From an uncultured Gammaproteobacteria bacterium (lineage in GTDB: Bacteria; Pseudomonadota; Gammaproteobacteria; UBA9339): a DNA stretch of 64,000 nucleotides. The translations under genes and the position numbers were made by a program. The notes under the pieces were generated by a model. It was not told the origin of the DNA, did not search any database, and saw nothing but the letters and a program-made list of their open reading frames with translations. The stretch covers positions 4,252-68,251 of the forward strand of contig CAUUCF010000003.1 of assembly GCA_963543695.1 (NCBI GenBank). The letters run 5' to 3'. Below, piece after piece: positions 19,918 to 29,864 of the stretch. Position 1 is the first letter of the stretch. Every line of letters begins with the position of its first letter.

Positions 19918-21285
19918 TTATGCTCTTTTAACGTTAACAATTTGCCCAGAAACATTAGTTAATAACGTATTTAAAGAGACGCTAGCTACTTTAGCCACCG
20001 GACATAAAGTTTCTTCAGGCTCTTGACCAAAATTTTCCAACCTCATCAGAGTAGCGGTTCTCTCAGGACAAATACAATTGATTTTAATTCCTTGTGCTTG
20101 CCATTCTTCCGATAAAGCTTGCGTTAAATTTACGATGGCGGCTTTAGTCGAAGAATAGATTGAATATAAAGCTCTCCCTTTTGTATAACTCGAAGAAGTA
20201 TACAATAGTAAACTGCCTGCCGTTCTTTTTAAATATTCTGGCGCTAAATGCGCAACGTTAACACAACCAACATAATTAATATTAATTTCCCTTAAAATAT
20301 CATCCATTGACCGATCGTTTAATTTACCCATCCTTAAAATACCCGCAGTATTAATAATATAATCGATCTGATGCTCTTTTTTAAAAACTAGGTCTAAAGC
20401 TCGTTTTAAACTTTTTAAATCCGTAACGTCTACTTTAGTTGCTCTAGAAAAACCATACACTTTCGCACCATATGTTTGAGCCATTTCAGCGATAGCCGCC
20501 CCGATCCCTCTACTAGCACCAAATATCACTAGTACTTTATTTTTTAAAGCCCTTTTATCTACGTCGTTTATTTCTAAGCTTTTTAATTGAAAGAGCTTAT
20601 CCGCAATCGCAACGTCTATTGGATCAGTAATCTTCCTATTAAATTGGTCCCCCTCTACGACATAAATTTCAGATAGACCATACTTAAGCACTAAGCCACA
20701 ATCATCGGTCACGTCCACTACTCCTTCTTGATTAGCTAACTCATGAGCCTGTTTAATAATTCTGACGTCAAAAGCTTGAGGAGTTTGGCCGCATCTTAAA
20801 TACTCTCTTTTCGGAATTTGTTCAATGATATTATTCTGTTTGATTTTGATAATTGTATCTGTACTTCGGATTGCCACGTCAACCGCTTGATAAGTTTTTA
20901 ACGCTTCAAGACAACTTAAGACGATCATTTCGCTTAAAAAAGGACGAGCCGCATCGTGAATTAAAACTTGAGCTTCCTGTTCTTTAATCGCGTTAACTCC
21001 AAGATAGGAACTTTCGCGCCTCGTAGCACCACCGACTAAAACCTTAACCACTTTTTTATAATTATTCTTCAGTAAAAGCGTGTTCATTAAGGATAGATAA
21101 TTACCGTGACAAACGATGATTATTTTATCAACTGCTTTAACTTTTTCAAAAACTTCAATAGCGTGTTCAACAACCGTTTTACCCCCTATTTTTAAAAATT
21201 GTTTAGGAATATTTAAGCCCGTTCTTATCCCATCACCAGATGCCAAAATTATTCCGTAAATTATGGGGTTACCTTTTTTAATCAT
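19918..21285 (-). CDS. Bifunctional cytidylyltransferase (IspD/TarI-like) + short-chain dehydrogenase (TarJ-function-like); putative CDP-ribitol synthase of Bcs1/Acs1 architecture
   Basis: 455 aa. The N-terminus GIILASGDGIRTGLNIPKQFLKIGGK is the IspD/TarI signature. The C-terminal SDR has GASRGIG (cofactor) and YSSTKAA (YxxxK catalytic). Confidence 0.75.
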   Translation of the reverse strand: MIKKGNPIIYGIILASGDGIRTGLNIPKQFLKIGGKTVVEHAIEVFEKVKAVDKIIIVCHGNYLSLMNTLLLKNNYKKVVKVLVGGATRRESSYLGVNAIKEQEAQVLIHDAARPFLSEMIVLSCLEALKTYQAVDVAIRSTDTIIKIKQNNIIEQIPKREYLRCGQTPQAFDVRIIKQAHELANQEGVVDVTDDCGLVLKYGLSEIYVVEGDQFNRKITDPIDVAIADKLFQLKSLEINDVDKRALKNKVLVIFGASRGIGAAIAEMAQTYGAKVYGFSRATKVDVTDLKSLKRALDLVFKKEHQIDYIINTAGILRMGKLNDRSMDDILREININYVGCVNVAHLAPEYLKRTAGSLLLYTSSSYTKGRALYSIYSSTKAAIVNLTQALSEEWQAQGIKINCICPERTATLMRLENFGQEPEETLCPVAKVASVSLNTLLTNVSGQIVNVKRA

Positions 21286-21294
21286 AATTTATCT

Positions 21295-22614
21295 CTACCC
21301 TAATAATCGCTCCAAATAATTAAAGATGTAATTAGCCGTACCTTTTTGAGGTTGTATCAATTTATTATTAACAATTGCTTTTCTAACGGAGAACAAAGGA
21401 TCTTGATTTTGTAATAAAATTAAGTCTAAATAATATTGTATTTCTTTTAAATCGTTAGCCTGATAATATCCGGCAATAATTGCGTTTCCAAACGCATTAT
21501 GCCCTACTGAATTTTGGTTAATTAAACGTAAAACGGGCTTTAAAGTCGGTAAATACTCGTATAAAAAAGAATTACAATCGGTAATTAATAAATCCGAAGT
21601 CCTAAACATATCAAAATAATTATTTAACTCGTATATTCGCGCGTTCGGCAATTGCTCCCAACGTCGGAAATAAGCTTGCATTTCTTCCACCGACATTAAC
21701 TGTGACGTCACGATGCTTTTCTTCAATCGAGGATGTGGTTTCAGTATAAATTCAATTTCTGGATGCGCTTTTGCAAAATCATAAAAAAACCGATAATTCC
21801 AATCGAAAGTACCAAATTTTAATATACTATCCTGATCAAAAGCATGATGAGGAGCATAGATAATGCGTTTTTTATTTTTAGTACGCCATAAGATATTATG
21901 ATGGTTAATCGGGATTAAATAATGATCTAATTTTAAATGACCAGCAACAACTAACCTATGCTCCTCAAACGATAAATTTAATAATTTAGCTTTTATCTCG
22001 TAATTATCTAAAAAGTAAGCATAAACTTCTCGATAAAATAATGCCGAATATTCGTTAACACCGTTAGTAATACAAGAACCGTACGAACAATATAAGGCTA
22101 GAGCGTACTTAGCAGTCTTGAAAATAGCATGTTCCTTAGCCAAATCCCATGGTTGCTCGTAAAAAATAATATCGGGCTTAAACGTTTTTAACGATTTATA
22201 TTTTCTTTTGGTAAAATCAAAAGCATACGAAACGTTAAACCCGTCTGCTTTAAATTTATTATAATCTCTGCGCGCTAAACGTTCGTAATCTAAAAAACCA
22301 AACGCATTTTTTAATAAATTTGTACCTACCGTAATTAACACTTGTACTTCATAATTAGGACTATTTTTTAAAATTTCATATAAAGGCCCATAAACCCATT
22401 TGGCAATTTCACTATTTAAAAAGACTACTTTAATTTTTCGCTTCCCGTACTGATTTTGCAATTTTTTAATTAATTTCGAATGACGCTTTTGTATCCATTG
22501 GATCTGTCTACAAGTATCTTGATTACGACAATAATTTCTAAAAGCGTGACGCCATCTCCTACTAGGCAATAACCAAGAAAAAAGCGAACTTAATAAACCG
22601 TATTTTAACATCAT
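21295..22614 (-). CDS. TagB/TagF-family polyol-phosphate (glycero/ribitol-phosphate) transferase, intact
   Basis: 439 aa. IIYAPHHAFD.., ILKPHPRL and DLLITDCNSFLYEYL match the Glyphos_transf C-terminal catalytic region. Overlaps the upstream GT2 gene by 4 nt. Confidence 0.7.
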   Translation of the reverse strand: MMLKYGLLSSLFSWLLPSRRWRHAFRNYCRNQDTCRQIQWIQKRHSKLIKKLQNQYGKRKIKVVFLNSEIAKWVYGPLYEILKNSPNYEVQVLITVGTNLLKNAFGFLDYERLARRDYNKFKADGFNVSYAFDFTKRKYKSLKTFKPDIIFYEQPWDLAKEHAIFKTAKYALALYCSYGSCITNGVNEYSALFYREVYAYFLDNYEIKAKLLNLSFEEHRLVVAGHLKLDHYLIPINHHNILWRTKNKKRIIYAPHHAFDQDSILKFGTFDWNYRFFYDFAKAHPEIEFILKPHPRLKKSIVTSQLMSVEEMQAYFRRWEQLPNARIYELNNYFDMFRTSDLLITDCNSFLYEYLPTLKPVLRLINQNSVGHNAFGNAIIAGYYQANDLKEIQYYLDLILLQNQDPLFSVRKAIVNNKLIQPQKGTANYIFNYLERLLG

Positions 22615-23639
22615 AAAAGTTTCTTATGGATCTCCAATTGCCATCCTAGAATAGTGATCACTTTGTATTTTCGGCCGTATAATTTATAGTTTTTAATCGA
22701 AAAAATTTTCTCTAAAAAACTACCTTCCCGTTGACTAAGTTTTTTCAAAAAGGTTTGATAATCTGCTGGTGATAAAATTTGGGCACAACGCTGTAAGAAT
22801 TTCTCGGTACTTTCAGGAGGGATACCGACGAAATGAAAATTTAGAACGTTCCATACGTAATTTTTAAAATCCACGCTAAACATTTCAAATAAATGATTAT
22901 GCGTTAAAAAATTTTTTAATAATTCAATATTTTGAAAAACACAGAAATTATCGTCTGACGTCTTATTAACCGATGAACCATCTCTTTGCCGATAATGATA
23001 AAAGACCTCATTAAGATAATAAATTTTTTTTGCCAATAACAAACTGCTAATTGAGAATAATTGGTCTTCACCTACCTTACTAGGAGCAAACTGAATCATC
23101 TTTTGTAATAAAAAAGCTCGTAAATAAGCTTTATTCCAAACGGCTAGAAAAAAGTTAAAAAAGCGATTATTAGTTTTAAAATCTTGCCAACTATAAAAAC
23201 TATTTGCTTGTATTTTACAATGCAATTGTTTTCGAGCTTGTTTTTTAAAAAAATTTAATCGCGCTTTAACGTGATCGAAAGTCATAAAATCGAAATGTAT
23301 AATTTCCGCTTGCGTTTCAGTAAATTTCTGCACTAATCTTTCTAAAGTTTCTAATTCTATATAATCATCTGGATCTACAAAAACAACGTATTTTCCGCTA
23401 GCTACCTTTAAAGCTTCGTTTCTCGCAACCCCTTGACCTTGATTGACTTGGTTTAAAATCACAAATCGTTGATCTTGCTTAGCATACGTTTCTAAAATAG
23501 CCAACGAATCGTCAGTAGACCCATCGTTTACGCAGATCACTTCAAAATTGGAAAAAGTTTGATGAACAATATTATCAAGGCATTGAGGTAAGTATTTAGC
23601 AACATTATAAACAGGAATAATAATTGATATTACGATCAT
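22611..23639 (-). CDS. Family 2 glycosyltransferase
   Basis: 342 aa. ISIIIPVYNVAKYLPQCLDNIVHQT..EVICVNDGSTDDS and VFVDPDD (DxD). Confidence 0.85.
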   Translation of the reverse strand: MIVISIIIPVYNVAKYLPQCLDNIVHQTFSNFEVICVNDGSTDDSLAILETYAKQDQRFVILNQVNQGQGVARNEALKVASGKYVVFVDPDDYIELETLERLVQKFTETQAEIIHFDFMTFDHVKARLNFFKKQARKQLHCKIQANSFYSWQDFKTNNRFFNFFLAVWNKAYLRAFLLQKMIQFAPSKVGEDQLFSISSLLLAKKIYYLNEVFYHYRQRDGSSVNKTSDDNFCVFQNIELLKNFLTHNHLFEMFSVDFKNYVWNVLNFHFVGIPPESTEKFLQRCAQILSPADYQTFLKKLSQREGSFLEKIFSIKNYKLYGRKYKVITILGWQLEIHKKLL

Positions 23640-23684
23640 TAAAGGCTCACTTTAAAAATTATCATGTTGATCCCTAATTAAAAA

Positions 23685-24050
23685 TGGTGGAGGCGGCGGG
23701 AATCGAACCCGCGTCCGCAAATCCTAAACCTTTGACGCTACATGTTTAGTTTGTTCTTTAATTTAATAAAAAAATCGAAAACAAACATTCTCTTTTTTTA
23801 CTAGCTTGAAATTTTAAGAACAGTAAAGACTCAAACTATCCGTACTGCTTGCTTATGTATAATGACCGCACGGTAAAAAGCATAAGCACTCTTTACTTAC
23901 GGACTTAGCTTAAGCGCAAGCTAAAGCTAAAGATTCACCAAAGTTTTTATCGTTGGCGTTTATAAATTTGATAGCCGTATTTTACGAGTAAGACTACTTC
24001 CTCGACATGCTTCTCCGGCCTCGCTATCCACGTCGAAACCGATCGCCCCC
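23685..24050 (-). ncRNA. ssrA: tmRNA (SsrA)
   Basis: The 5' end is GGGGGCGATCGGTTTCGACG. The 3' tRNA-like end is GGACGCGGGTTCGATTCCCGCCGCCTCCACCA. An internal tag reading frame (23957-23910) encodes (A)ANDKNFGESLALACA*. Confidence 0.92.
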
Positions 24051-24060
24051 TTATATACAA

Positions 24061-24516
24061 TTAAACTGCCGCTTCACCTTGTTCTTTTTTCTTTTTTTCG
24101 ATAAACATCGCTTCAAAATTAACCGGAGATAAATAAATCACCGGAAAACTAGCCGCTACTAAAGTTTCTGAAATAACGTTCCTTAAATAAGGAAATAAGA
24201 CGTTAGGACAGAAAATTTCTAAAACTTGCTCTTTTTGAACTCCGTCGAAACCTTTAATCGTAAAAATACCCGCCTGTTTTACTTCTACAACGAAAGCAAT
24301 CTGTTCTTTAACTTTTGCCACTAACCTCGCAAATAAAACGACTTCATAAAAATTATCCGATATGTTACTATGTTTAATATCTAAATTCATTTCTACGTTT
24401 GGAGTCCATTCACCTTGAAAAATTTGTGGTGCATTTGGTACTTCTAAAGAAAGGTCTTTCACGTATAAACGATTAATACCAAATTCATTATTATTTACTG
24501 CATTAGTTTCCGCCAT
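24061..24516 (-). CDS. secB: Protein-export chaperone SecB
   Basis: 151 aa. FGINRLYVKDLSLEVPNAP...VVEVKQAGIFTIKG..LFPYLR match SecB along the full length. Confidence 0.9.
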   Translation of the reverse strand: MAETNAVNNNEFGINRLYVKDLSLEVPNAPQIFQGEWTPNVEMNLDIKHSNISDNFYEVVLFARLVAKVKEQIAFVVEVKQAGIFTIKGFDGVQKEQVLEIFCPNVLFPYLRNVISETLVAASFPVIYLSPVNFEAMFIEKKKKEQGEAAV

Positions 24517-24536
24517 CTTTTCTTCCTCATTAATAT

Positions 24537-24941
24537 TTATTTCTCTAAAGGTAAATTAGTTTGTAACCAAGCATCGATTCCTCCTGTTAGAAAGTAACCT
24601 TTGTTAGGATACTGCCTTAATAACCGCGTAGGAACGTTTCCTTTTTGATTAATCAAGATAATCGCATCCACATCCTTTGCTTCATCTTTTTGTTGCTCAT
24701 TTATCGTTGTAACGTTCATTGATCCACGAATATGACCTAACTTAAAAAGTTCAGGAGAACGTAAATCTAAGAGTCTTATCTTTTTATGATTGATCAATGC
24801 TACTAATTGTTCACAGGAAATCCCTTTACTATTATCACCACGAAACTCTTCGTATATCAACAGAATTAACACCATTAGGGTAGCACTACAAAGTAACCAA
24901 TGGTCAGTTATAAACTTCATCCCAACTGTAACATTCATCAC
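24537..24941 (-). CDS. Membrane-anchored rhodanese-domain protein (YibN-like)
   Basis: 134 aa. N-terminal TM followed by a rhodanese fold (LLDLRSPELFKLGHIRGSMNV..GGIDAW). The active-site loop has no Cys (ILINQKGNVP). It sits next to secB, as yibN does in enterics. Confidence 0.65.
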   Translation of the reverse strand: MMNVTVGMKFITDHWLLCSATLMVLILLIYEEFRGDNSKGISCEQLVALINHKKIRLLDLRSPELFKLGHIRGSMNVTTINEQQKDEAKDVDAIILINQKGNVPTRLLRQYPNKGYFLTGGIDAWLQTNLPLEK

Positions 24942-25182
24942 GTTTTACTCTAAATTTAAATTTAGATATCATTATAAAAAAAACCGGAAATAAATCAACT
25001 AATTAGTAAAACGGAGTCCTTTTCTTTAAGGCTAGGCGTTTTTAAAAAACGACTTCTTTTTTTCAGTTACTCAGCAATTTTACCGACCTCTTCGTTTTTT
25101 AATTTTAAAGAGCTTGTTTCATTACTTTAATAAAATTTTACGGTTTTATTAACGTTAAAAAATCGCTTACGCTTTATGCTTG

Positions 25183-25857
25183 TTAAAGAATTAACGAAGA
25201 CGTATGTAACCACTGGTAATCCGGATAAAAAGATAGAAGGAGTGTACCATCGCAAATCGTTTGAATGATCGCTTTTGCCAAATGCGGTTCTACCGCTGGA
25301 CATCCCCAACTACGTCCGATTCTTCCGCTTTTTTTAACGTAATAATCGTTTACGTATTCAGAACCATGGATCACGATGCCTCGACGATAAGCATTATCGT
25401 TAAAACCCTTTTCTAATCCATGCAATTTTAAACTATAACCTTCTTTGCCGTAATAAGTATTCCCCGTTAAAAAGACCCCAATACTAGTTTGGTGACTACC
25501 TTCTACGTTAGAAACAAATTTCGTCCTTTTTTCACCACTATTTTGACCGTGAGCTACTAAAGAATTATATAAAATTTTTTTCTGATCTAAATCTAATACC
25601 CATAATCTCCTTTCTGAAGAAGGGAGAGAATAATCAATCACCGTGATAACCGGTTTAATTTTTGGGTTTGTTAATCGCACCTTACAATATGCGTTTAAAG
25701 CTAATTTTAAAACTTTCTTTTTCAATTTAGGATCTTGTTTTAAAAAAATTTCCGAATTTTTTAAAAAATTGTCCGAGGCTGCTAAAGCTAAAGCAGCGCT
25801 AAAATTCCACATCAGTAAAAAAGCGATTCCCCACCATTTAAACGTTTTAATTTGCAT
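25183..25857 (-). CDS. L,D-transpeptidase catalytic-domain family protein (YkuD_2-like)
   Basis: 224 aa. Signal peptide. C-terminal IVIHGSEYV..SGRIGRSWGCPAV carries the His..Cys catalytic signature. Confidence 0.7.
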   Translation of the reverse strand: MQIKTFKWWGIAFLLMWNFSAALALAASDNFLKNSEIFLKQDPKLKKKVLKLALNAYCKVRLTNPKIKPVITVIDYSLPSSERRLWVLDLDQKKILYNSLVAHGQNSGEKRTKFVSNVEGSHQTSIGVFLTGNTYYGKEGYSLKLHGLEKGFNDNAYRRGIVIHGSEYVNDYYVKKSGRIGRSWGCPAVEPHLAKAIIQTICDGTLLLSFYPDYQWLHTSSLIL

Positions 25858-25920
25858 AAACTAATCCAATGTTTCTTTAATTATCACTTTAAAGCCTAAT
25901 TATTAAATTATAATTACAAA

Positions 25921-26733
25921 CTATTCTGTTAAGTTAATTTCCATTTTATTCTTTAAATGCTCTATCGATAAAAGTTGATGGTATAAAGGATGAATTAAAG
26001 AAGGCAAAATCACCAATATTAAAACGTTAAAATAGAACATCATCACCAATTTATCCATACCAAACTTAGCAAATGAAATAGCTAATAACGCAAAAAGAAA
26101 ATCAACAGCAATGGCACCAGCTAAAAACATCAAAGCAATCAAAAATAATTTTAGTTTATTTGAATTAAACAATCGCAACGTTAATTTGACTTTGCTTAAT
26201 AAGCTACCCTTAGAAAATAACAATACCGGTCCTAATAAAAGAAAGATCAAATAATAACCTAAAGCACATAACGAAATTAAAGAGGTAAAAATATATTGCG
26301 TTACAGGTCCTATCTCAAAATCGACAAACATGAACGGCATAAAAAGCAGGAATAAAGGTAAAACTATAAGGCTGTTACCTACGAAATATTGTAAAGTAAA
26401 ACGTAAAGTAGCTTTACATAAATCTTTAAAGTGGCTAAAAGGTTCTACTTGGCCATCTTTACGATGTTGTAAATAATAATAAGCTTGAACGTTCATTCCT
26501 GTAAAAACTAATGAGATCAACAAAGCAATCGTCACTGCTAAAACCACATAAAATAACGGATCATCCGCACGATTTTCAGCTAAATCATACAACATTTGTG
26601 TAAACACAGCGTTAAATAAAGCCAATAAAGCTACATAACCACAAAAACGTTTTTTACGTAAAACCAAAAATTTAAAATTATCGTAAGTCTCTAAAAAAAC
26701 TCGTGAAAGACTTAAATGATGCATAAAAATCAT
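25921..26733 (-). CDS. Hypothetical integral membrane protein, about 6 TM helices
   Basis: 270 aa with six hydrophobic stretches of 20-28 residues. It starts 1 nt after the pflA stop. No recognisable family motif and no FNT signature. Confidence 0.55.
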   Translation of the reverse strand: MIFMHHLSLSRVFLETYDNFKFLVLRKKRFCGYVALLALFNAVFTQMLYDLAENRADDPLFYVVLAVTIALLISLVFTGMNVQAYYYLQHRKDGQVEPFSHFKDLCKATLRFTLQYFVGNSLIVLPLFLLFMPFMFVDFEIGPVTQYIFTSLISLCALGYYLIFLLLGPVLLFSKGSLLSKVKLTLRLFNSNKLKLFLIALMFLAGAIAVDFLFALLAISFAKFGMDKLVMMFYFNVLILVILPSLIHPLYHQLLSIEHLKNKMEINLTE

Positions 26734-26734
26734 T

Positions 26735-27469
26735 CTATTTTTTACTGTTTCTCATCCCTTCTAAAATCCAATTTCTAGCGATCAATGCTTCCGCTTTCGT
26801 TAAAGATTTTACCCCTTTTAAAGCATAATCTAAACCTAATTGTTCGTATTTAACAGCCGCCATATCATGGTAAGGTAAAACATCTAAAGCTTTTACGTTT
26901 TTTAAAGTAGCTAAAAACTGACCTAATTCTAATAAATATTGCTTATTAAAGGTAATTCCAGGAACTACTACGTGTCTAATCCAAACCGGAATTGATTTTG
27001 CCGACAAATAAACGGCAAAAGCTAAAATATTTTTATTAGATTGCTGCGTTAATTTTCTATGTTCCTCCTCATTAATATGTTTAATGTCTAACAAAACTAA
27101 ATCGGTCCATTTTAACAATTCGTCTATTTTGTACGTATTATTACGATTAAACAGAAATCCTGAAGTATCAAGAGCCGTATGGATATTACGTTTTTTAGCT
27201 TGGTGAAATAGTTCTGTCACAAAATCTATTTGCCACAAAGGCTCTCCACCCGTCACGGTGATGCCCCCTTTCTTGAAAAATTCTTTAAAACTTTCATATT
27301 TTAAAAGAATGTCTTCTACCGACATCTTTTGATTAATCTCGTTAGGTAAACTATCTGGATTATGACAATATTGACAACGCAGCGGACATCCCTGCATAAA
27401 AACGACTAAACGAATGCCTGGACCATCTACTGCGCCATAACTTTCAATTGAATGAATATTACCAAACAA
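26735..27469 (-). CDS. pflA: Pyruvate formate-lyase activating enzyme (radical SAM)
   Basis: 244 aa. GPGIRLVVFMQGCPLRCQYCHNPD contains the CxxxCxxC cluster. Confidence 0.9.
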   Translation of the reverse strand: MFGNIHSIESYGAVDGPGIRLVVFMQGCPLRCQYCHNPDSLPNEINQKMSVEDILLKYESFKEFFKKGGITVTGGEPLWQIDFVTELFHQAKKRNIHTALDTSGFLFNRNNTYKIDELLKWTDLVLLDIKHINEEEHRKLTQQSNKNILAFAVYLSAKSIPVWIRHVVVPGITFNKQYLLELGQFLATLKNVKALDVLPYHDMAAVKYEQLGLDYALKGVKSLTKAEALIARNWILEGMRNSKK

Positions 27470-27517
27470 AGGTGTTCCTCAATTTACTCACCGATAAACA
27501 CTAGCAAATAACGTAAT

Positions 27518-27757
27518 TTACATAGCACTGTGGAAAGTTCTTGAAATAACATCATCTTGTTGTTCTTTCGTTAATTTAATGAAATTAACTGCGTATCCAG
27601 AAACCCTCACCGTCAACTGAGGATAACGTTCAGGATGTGCTTGAGCGTCCAACAACGTTTCTCTATTAAAAACATTCACGTTTAAATGATGCCCACCTTT
27701 TTCAAAATAACCATCTAAAAGACCAATTAAATTCTCTTCCTGCATTGTTGTTTTCAT
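27518..27757 (-). CDS. Stand-alone glycyl-radical domain (GrcA/YfiD-like), equal to the detached C-terminus of PflB
   Basis: 79 aa. ..[68 protein letters not shown] is colinear with the last ~70 residues of E. coli PflB, including the RVSGYAV glycyl-radical motif. It has its own AAGGAG Shine-Dalgarno 7 nt before the ATG. Confidence 0.85.
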   Translation of the reverse strand: MKTTMQEENLIGLLDGYFEKGGHHLNVNVFNRETLLDAQAHPERYPQLTVRVSGYAVNFIKLTKEQQDDVISRTFHSAM

Positions 27758-27776
27758 AAATTTCTCCTTTTTACCG

Positions 27777-29864
27777 TTATTCTAAAGTACCTTTACAGCA
27801 ACCACAATCCAAATTAACGTCCAAATCTCCCACAAATAGCTCATCTTTACCTAACGCGTTAGGAATAATCGAAAAAGTATTAGAAATCCCATCTTGCGCA
27901 CAATTAAACGGCAATTTAGAAACTGAAGCTAAAGAAGCAACCGCTCCACTCATATCTCGACCATGCATAGGATTAGCCCCCGGTGCCAACGGAATACCTG
28001 CTTTTCTTCCATCTGGGGTATTACCCGTTTTCTTACCATAAACAACGTTAGAAGTAATAGTTAAAATTGACATCGTCGGCACAGAATTTCTATACGTATA
28101 ATGTTTTTTAATTTTAGACATAAAAGTACGTACTAAATTAACCGCCAATTGATCAACTCGATCATCGTTATTACCATATTTAGGGAAATCTCCTTCTATT
28201 TCGTAATCGACAACGAGACCGTTTTCATCTCTAATCGTTTTAACTTTAGTGTATTTAATAGCAGATAACGAATCCGCCACAACCGATAAACCCGCAATAC
28301 CCGTAGCAAAATATCGTTTTACGTCCCGATCATGCAACGCCATTTGCGCTCTTTCATAACAATATTTATCGTGCATATAATGGATGACGTTTAAAGTATT
28401 AACGTATAAACCCGCTAACCATTCCATCATATCATCATAACGTTCCATTACTTCGTTAAAATCTAAATATTCTGAAGTAATTGGACGATATTTAGGACCA
28501 ACTTGTACTTTTAAGCGTTCATCTACCCCACCGTTAATCGCGTATAATAAACATTTTGCTAAATTAGCGCGTGCTCCAAAAAATTGCATTTCTTTCCCAA
28601 CAACCATCGAAGAAACACAACAAGCGATTGCGTAATCATCCCCATGGGTAACTCGCATTAAATCATCGTTTTCATACTGTATCGAAGAAGTTTTAATCGA
28701 AACATGAGCACAATAACGTTTAAAACCACTAGGTAAACGCGTAGACCATAAAACCGTCATGTTTGGTTCAGGAGCAGTCCCCAAATTTTCTAAAGTATGT
28801 AAATATCGGAAGGAATTTTTAGTAACTAACGGACGTCCATCAACGCCAACCCCTCCAATCGATTCAGTTACCCAGGTTGGATCTCCTGAAAATAACTCGT
28901 TATATTCCGGAGTACGAGCAAAACGCACTAAACGCAATTTCATAATAAAGTGGTCTATCATCTCTTGCGCTTCACTTTCAGTAATGATCCCCTCTTTTAA
29001 ATCTCTTTCAATATAGATGTCTAAAAACGTAGAAGTTCTTCCTAAACTCATCGCGGCACCATTTTGTTCTTTAACCGCAGACAAATATCCAAAATATAAC
29101 CATTGAATAGCTTCTTTAGCATTTTTAGCTGGTTGAGAAAGATCGAAACCGTAAGTTTGCCCTAAAACTTTCATTTCTTCTAAAGCCCTAATTTGTTCGG
29201 AAATTTCTTCCCTTAATTGCATTCTTTCCGGTATCATTTCTCCTTCTAGAGAAGCAAATTGTTCCTTCTTATCGGCAATTAATCGATCAATTCCGTAAAG
29301 AGCCACCCTACGATAATCCCCAATAATTCTACCACGACCGTAAGCATCTGGTAATCCCGTAATAATCGCCGAATGACGAGCCGCTTTCATTTCTGGAGTG
29401 TATACGTCAAAAACTCCTTGGTTATGGGTTTTTCTAAATTTACTGAAAATTTCCGATACTTTAGGGTCTACTTGGTAACCATAAGCTTTACAAGCACTTT
29501 CTGCCATTCTAATACCCCCAAAAGGTTGCATCGAACGTTTTAAAGGAGCATCGGTTTGTAAACCCACAATCGTCTCTAAATTCTGATCAATATACCCTGC
29601 TTGATGGGAAGTAATCGTAGAAACCACTGCGGTATCCATATCAATGACCCCACCCTTTTCTCGTTCTTGTTTAGATAACTCGATACATCGATTCCATAAT
29701 TTTAAAGTTGCTTCTGTAGGACCCGCTAAAAACTCGGCATCGCCTTCATACAAAGTATAATTACGTTGGATAAAATCCCTAACGTTAATTTCTTGTTCCC
29801 ATTTTCCGCCTATAAATTTACTTTCCGGATAAAGTTTGTTTTTCGCTTCTTGAGTCATAATCAC
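27777..29864 (-). CDS. pflB: Pyruvate formate-lyase core (formate C-acetyltransferase) lacking the glycyl-radical domain
   Basis: 695 aa. Colinear with PflB from the N-terminus (..[34 protein letters not shown]..) through the catalytic IACCVS to ..[12 protein letters not shown]. It then diverges ([20 protein letters not shown]) and stops. Confidence 0.9.
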   Translation of the reverse strand: MIMTQEAKNKLYPESKFIGGKWEQEINVRDFIQRNYTLYEGDAEFLAGPTEATLKLWNRCIELSKQEREKGGVIDMDTAVVSTITSHQAGYIDQNLETIVGLQTDAPLKRSMQPFGGIRMAESACKAYGYQVDPKVSEIFSKFRKTHNQGVFDVYTPEMKAARHSAIITGLPDAYGRGRIIGDYRRVALYGIDRLIADKKEQFASLEGEMIPERMQLREEISEQIRALEEMKVLGQTYGFDLSQPAKNAKEAIQWLYFGYLSAVKEQNGAAMSLGRTSTFLDIYIERDLKEGIITESEAQEMIDHFIMKLRLVRFARTPEYNELFSGDPTWVTESIGGVGVDGRPLVTKNSFRYLHTLENLGTAPEPNMTVLWSTRLPSGFKRYCAHVSIKTSSIQYENDDLMRVTHGDDYAIACCVSSMVVGKEMQFFGARANLAKCLLYAINGGVDERLKVQVGPKYRPITSEYLDFNEVMERYDDMMEWLAGLYVNTLNVIHYMHDKYCYERAQMALHDRDVKRYFATGIAGLSVVADSLSAIKYTKVKTIRDENGLVVDYEIEGDFPKYGNNDDRVDQLAVNLVRTFMSKIKKHYTYRNSVPTMSILTITSNVVYGKKTGNTPDGRKAGIPLAPGANPMHGRDMSGAVASLASVSKLPFNCAQDGISNTFSIIPNALGKDELFVGDLDVNLDCGCCKGTLE

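Noticed and set aside
23640-23700. Looked for island hallmarks at ssrA: a direct repeat of the tmRNA 3' end at the far side of the polysaccharide cluster (16.4-16.8 kb), and an integrase.
   Set aside because: No copy of the GAATCGAACCCGC.. 3' segment and no integrase or recombinase ORF were found in the window. Integration at ssrA remains only a positional suggestion.
25127-25309. 60-aa ORF overlapping the 3' end of the L,D-transpeptidase-like gene.
   Set aside because: It lies on the same strand in a different frame and overlaps the conserved catalytic C-terminus of the 224-aa protein. It has no independent signal.
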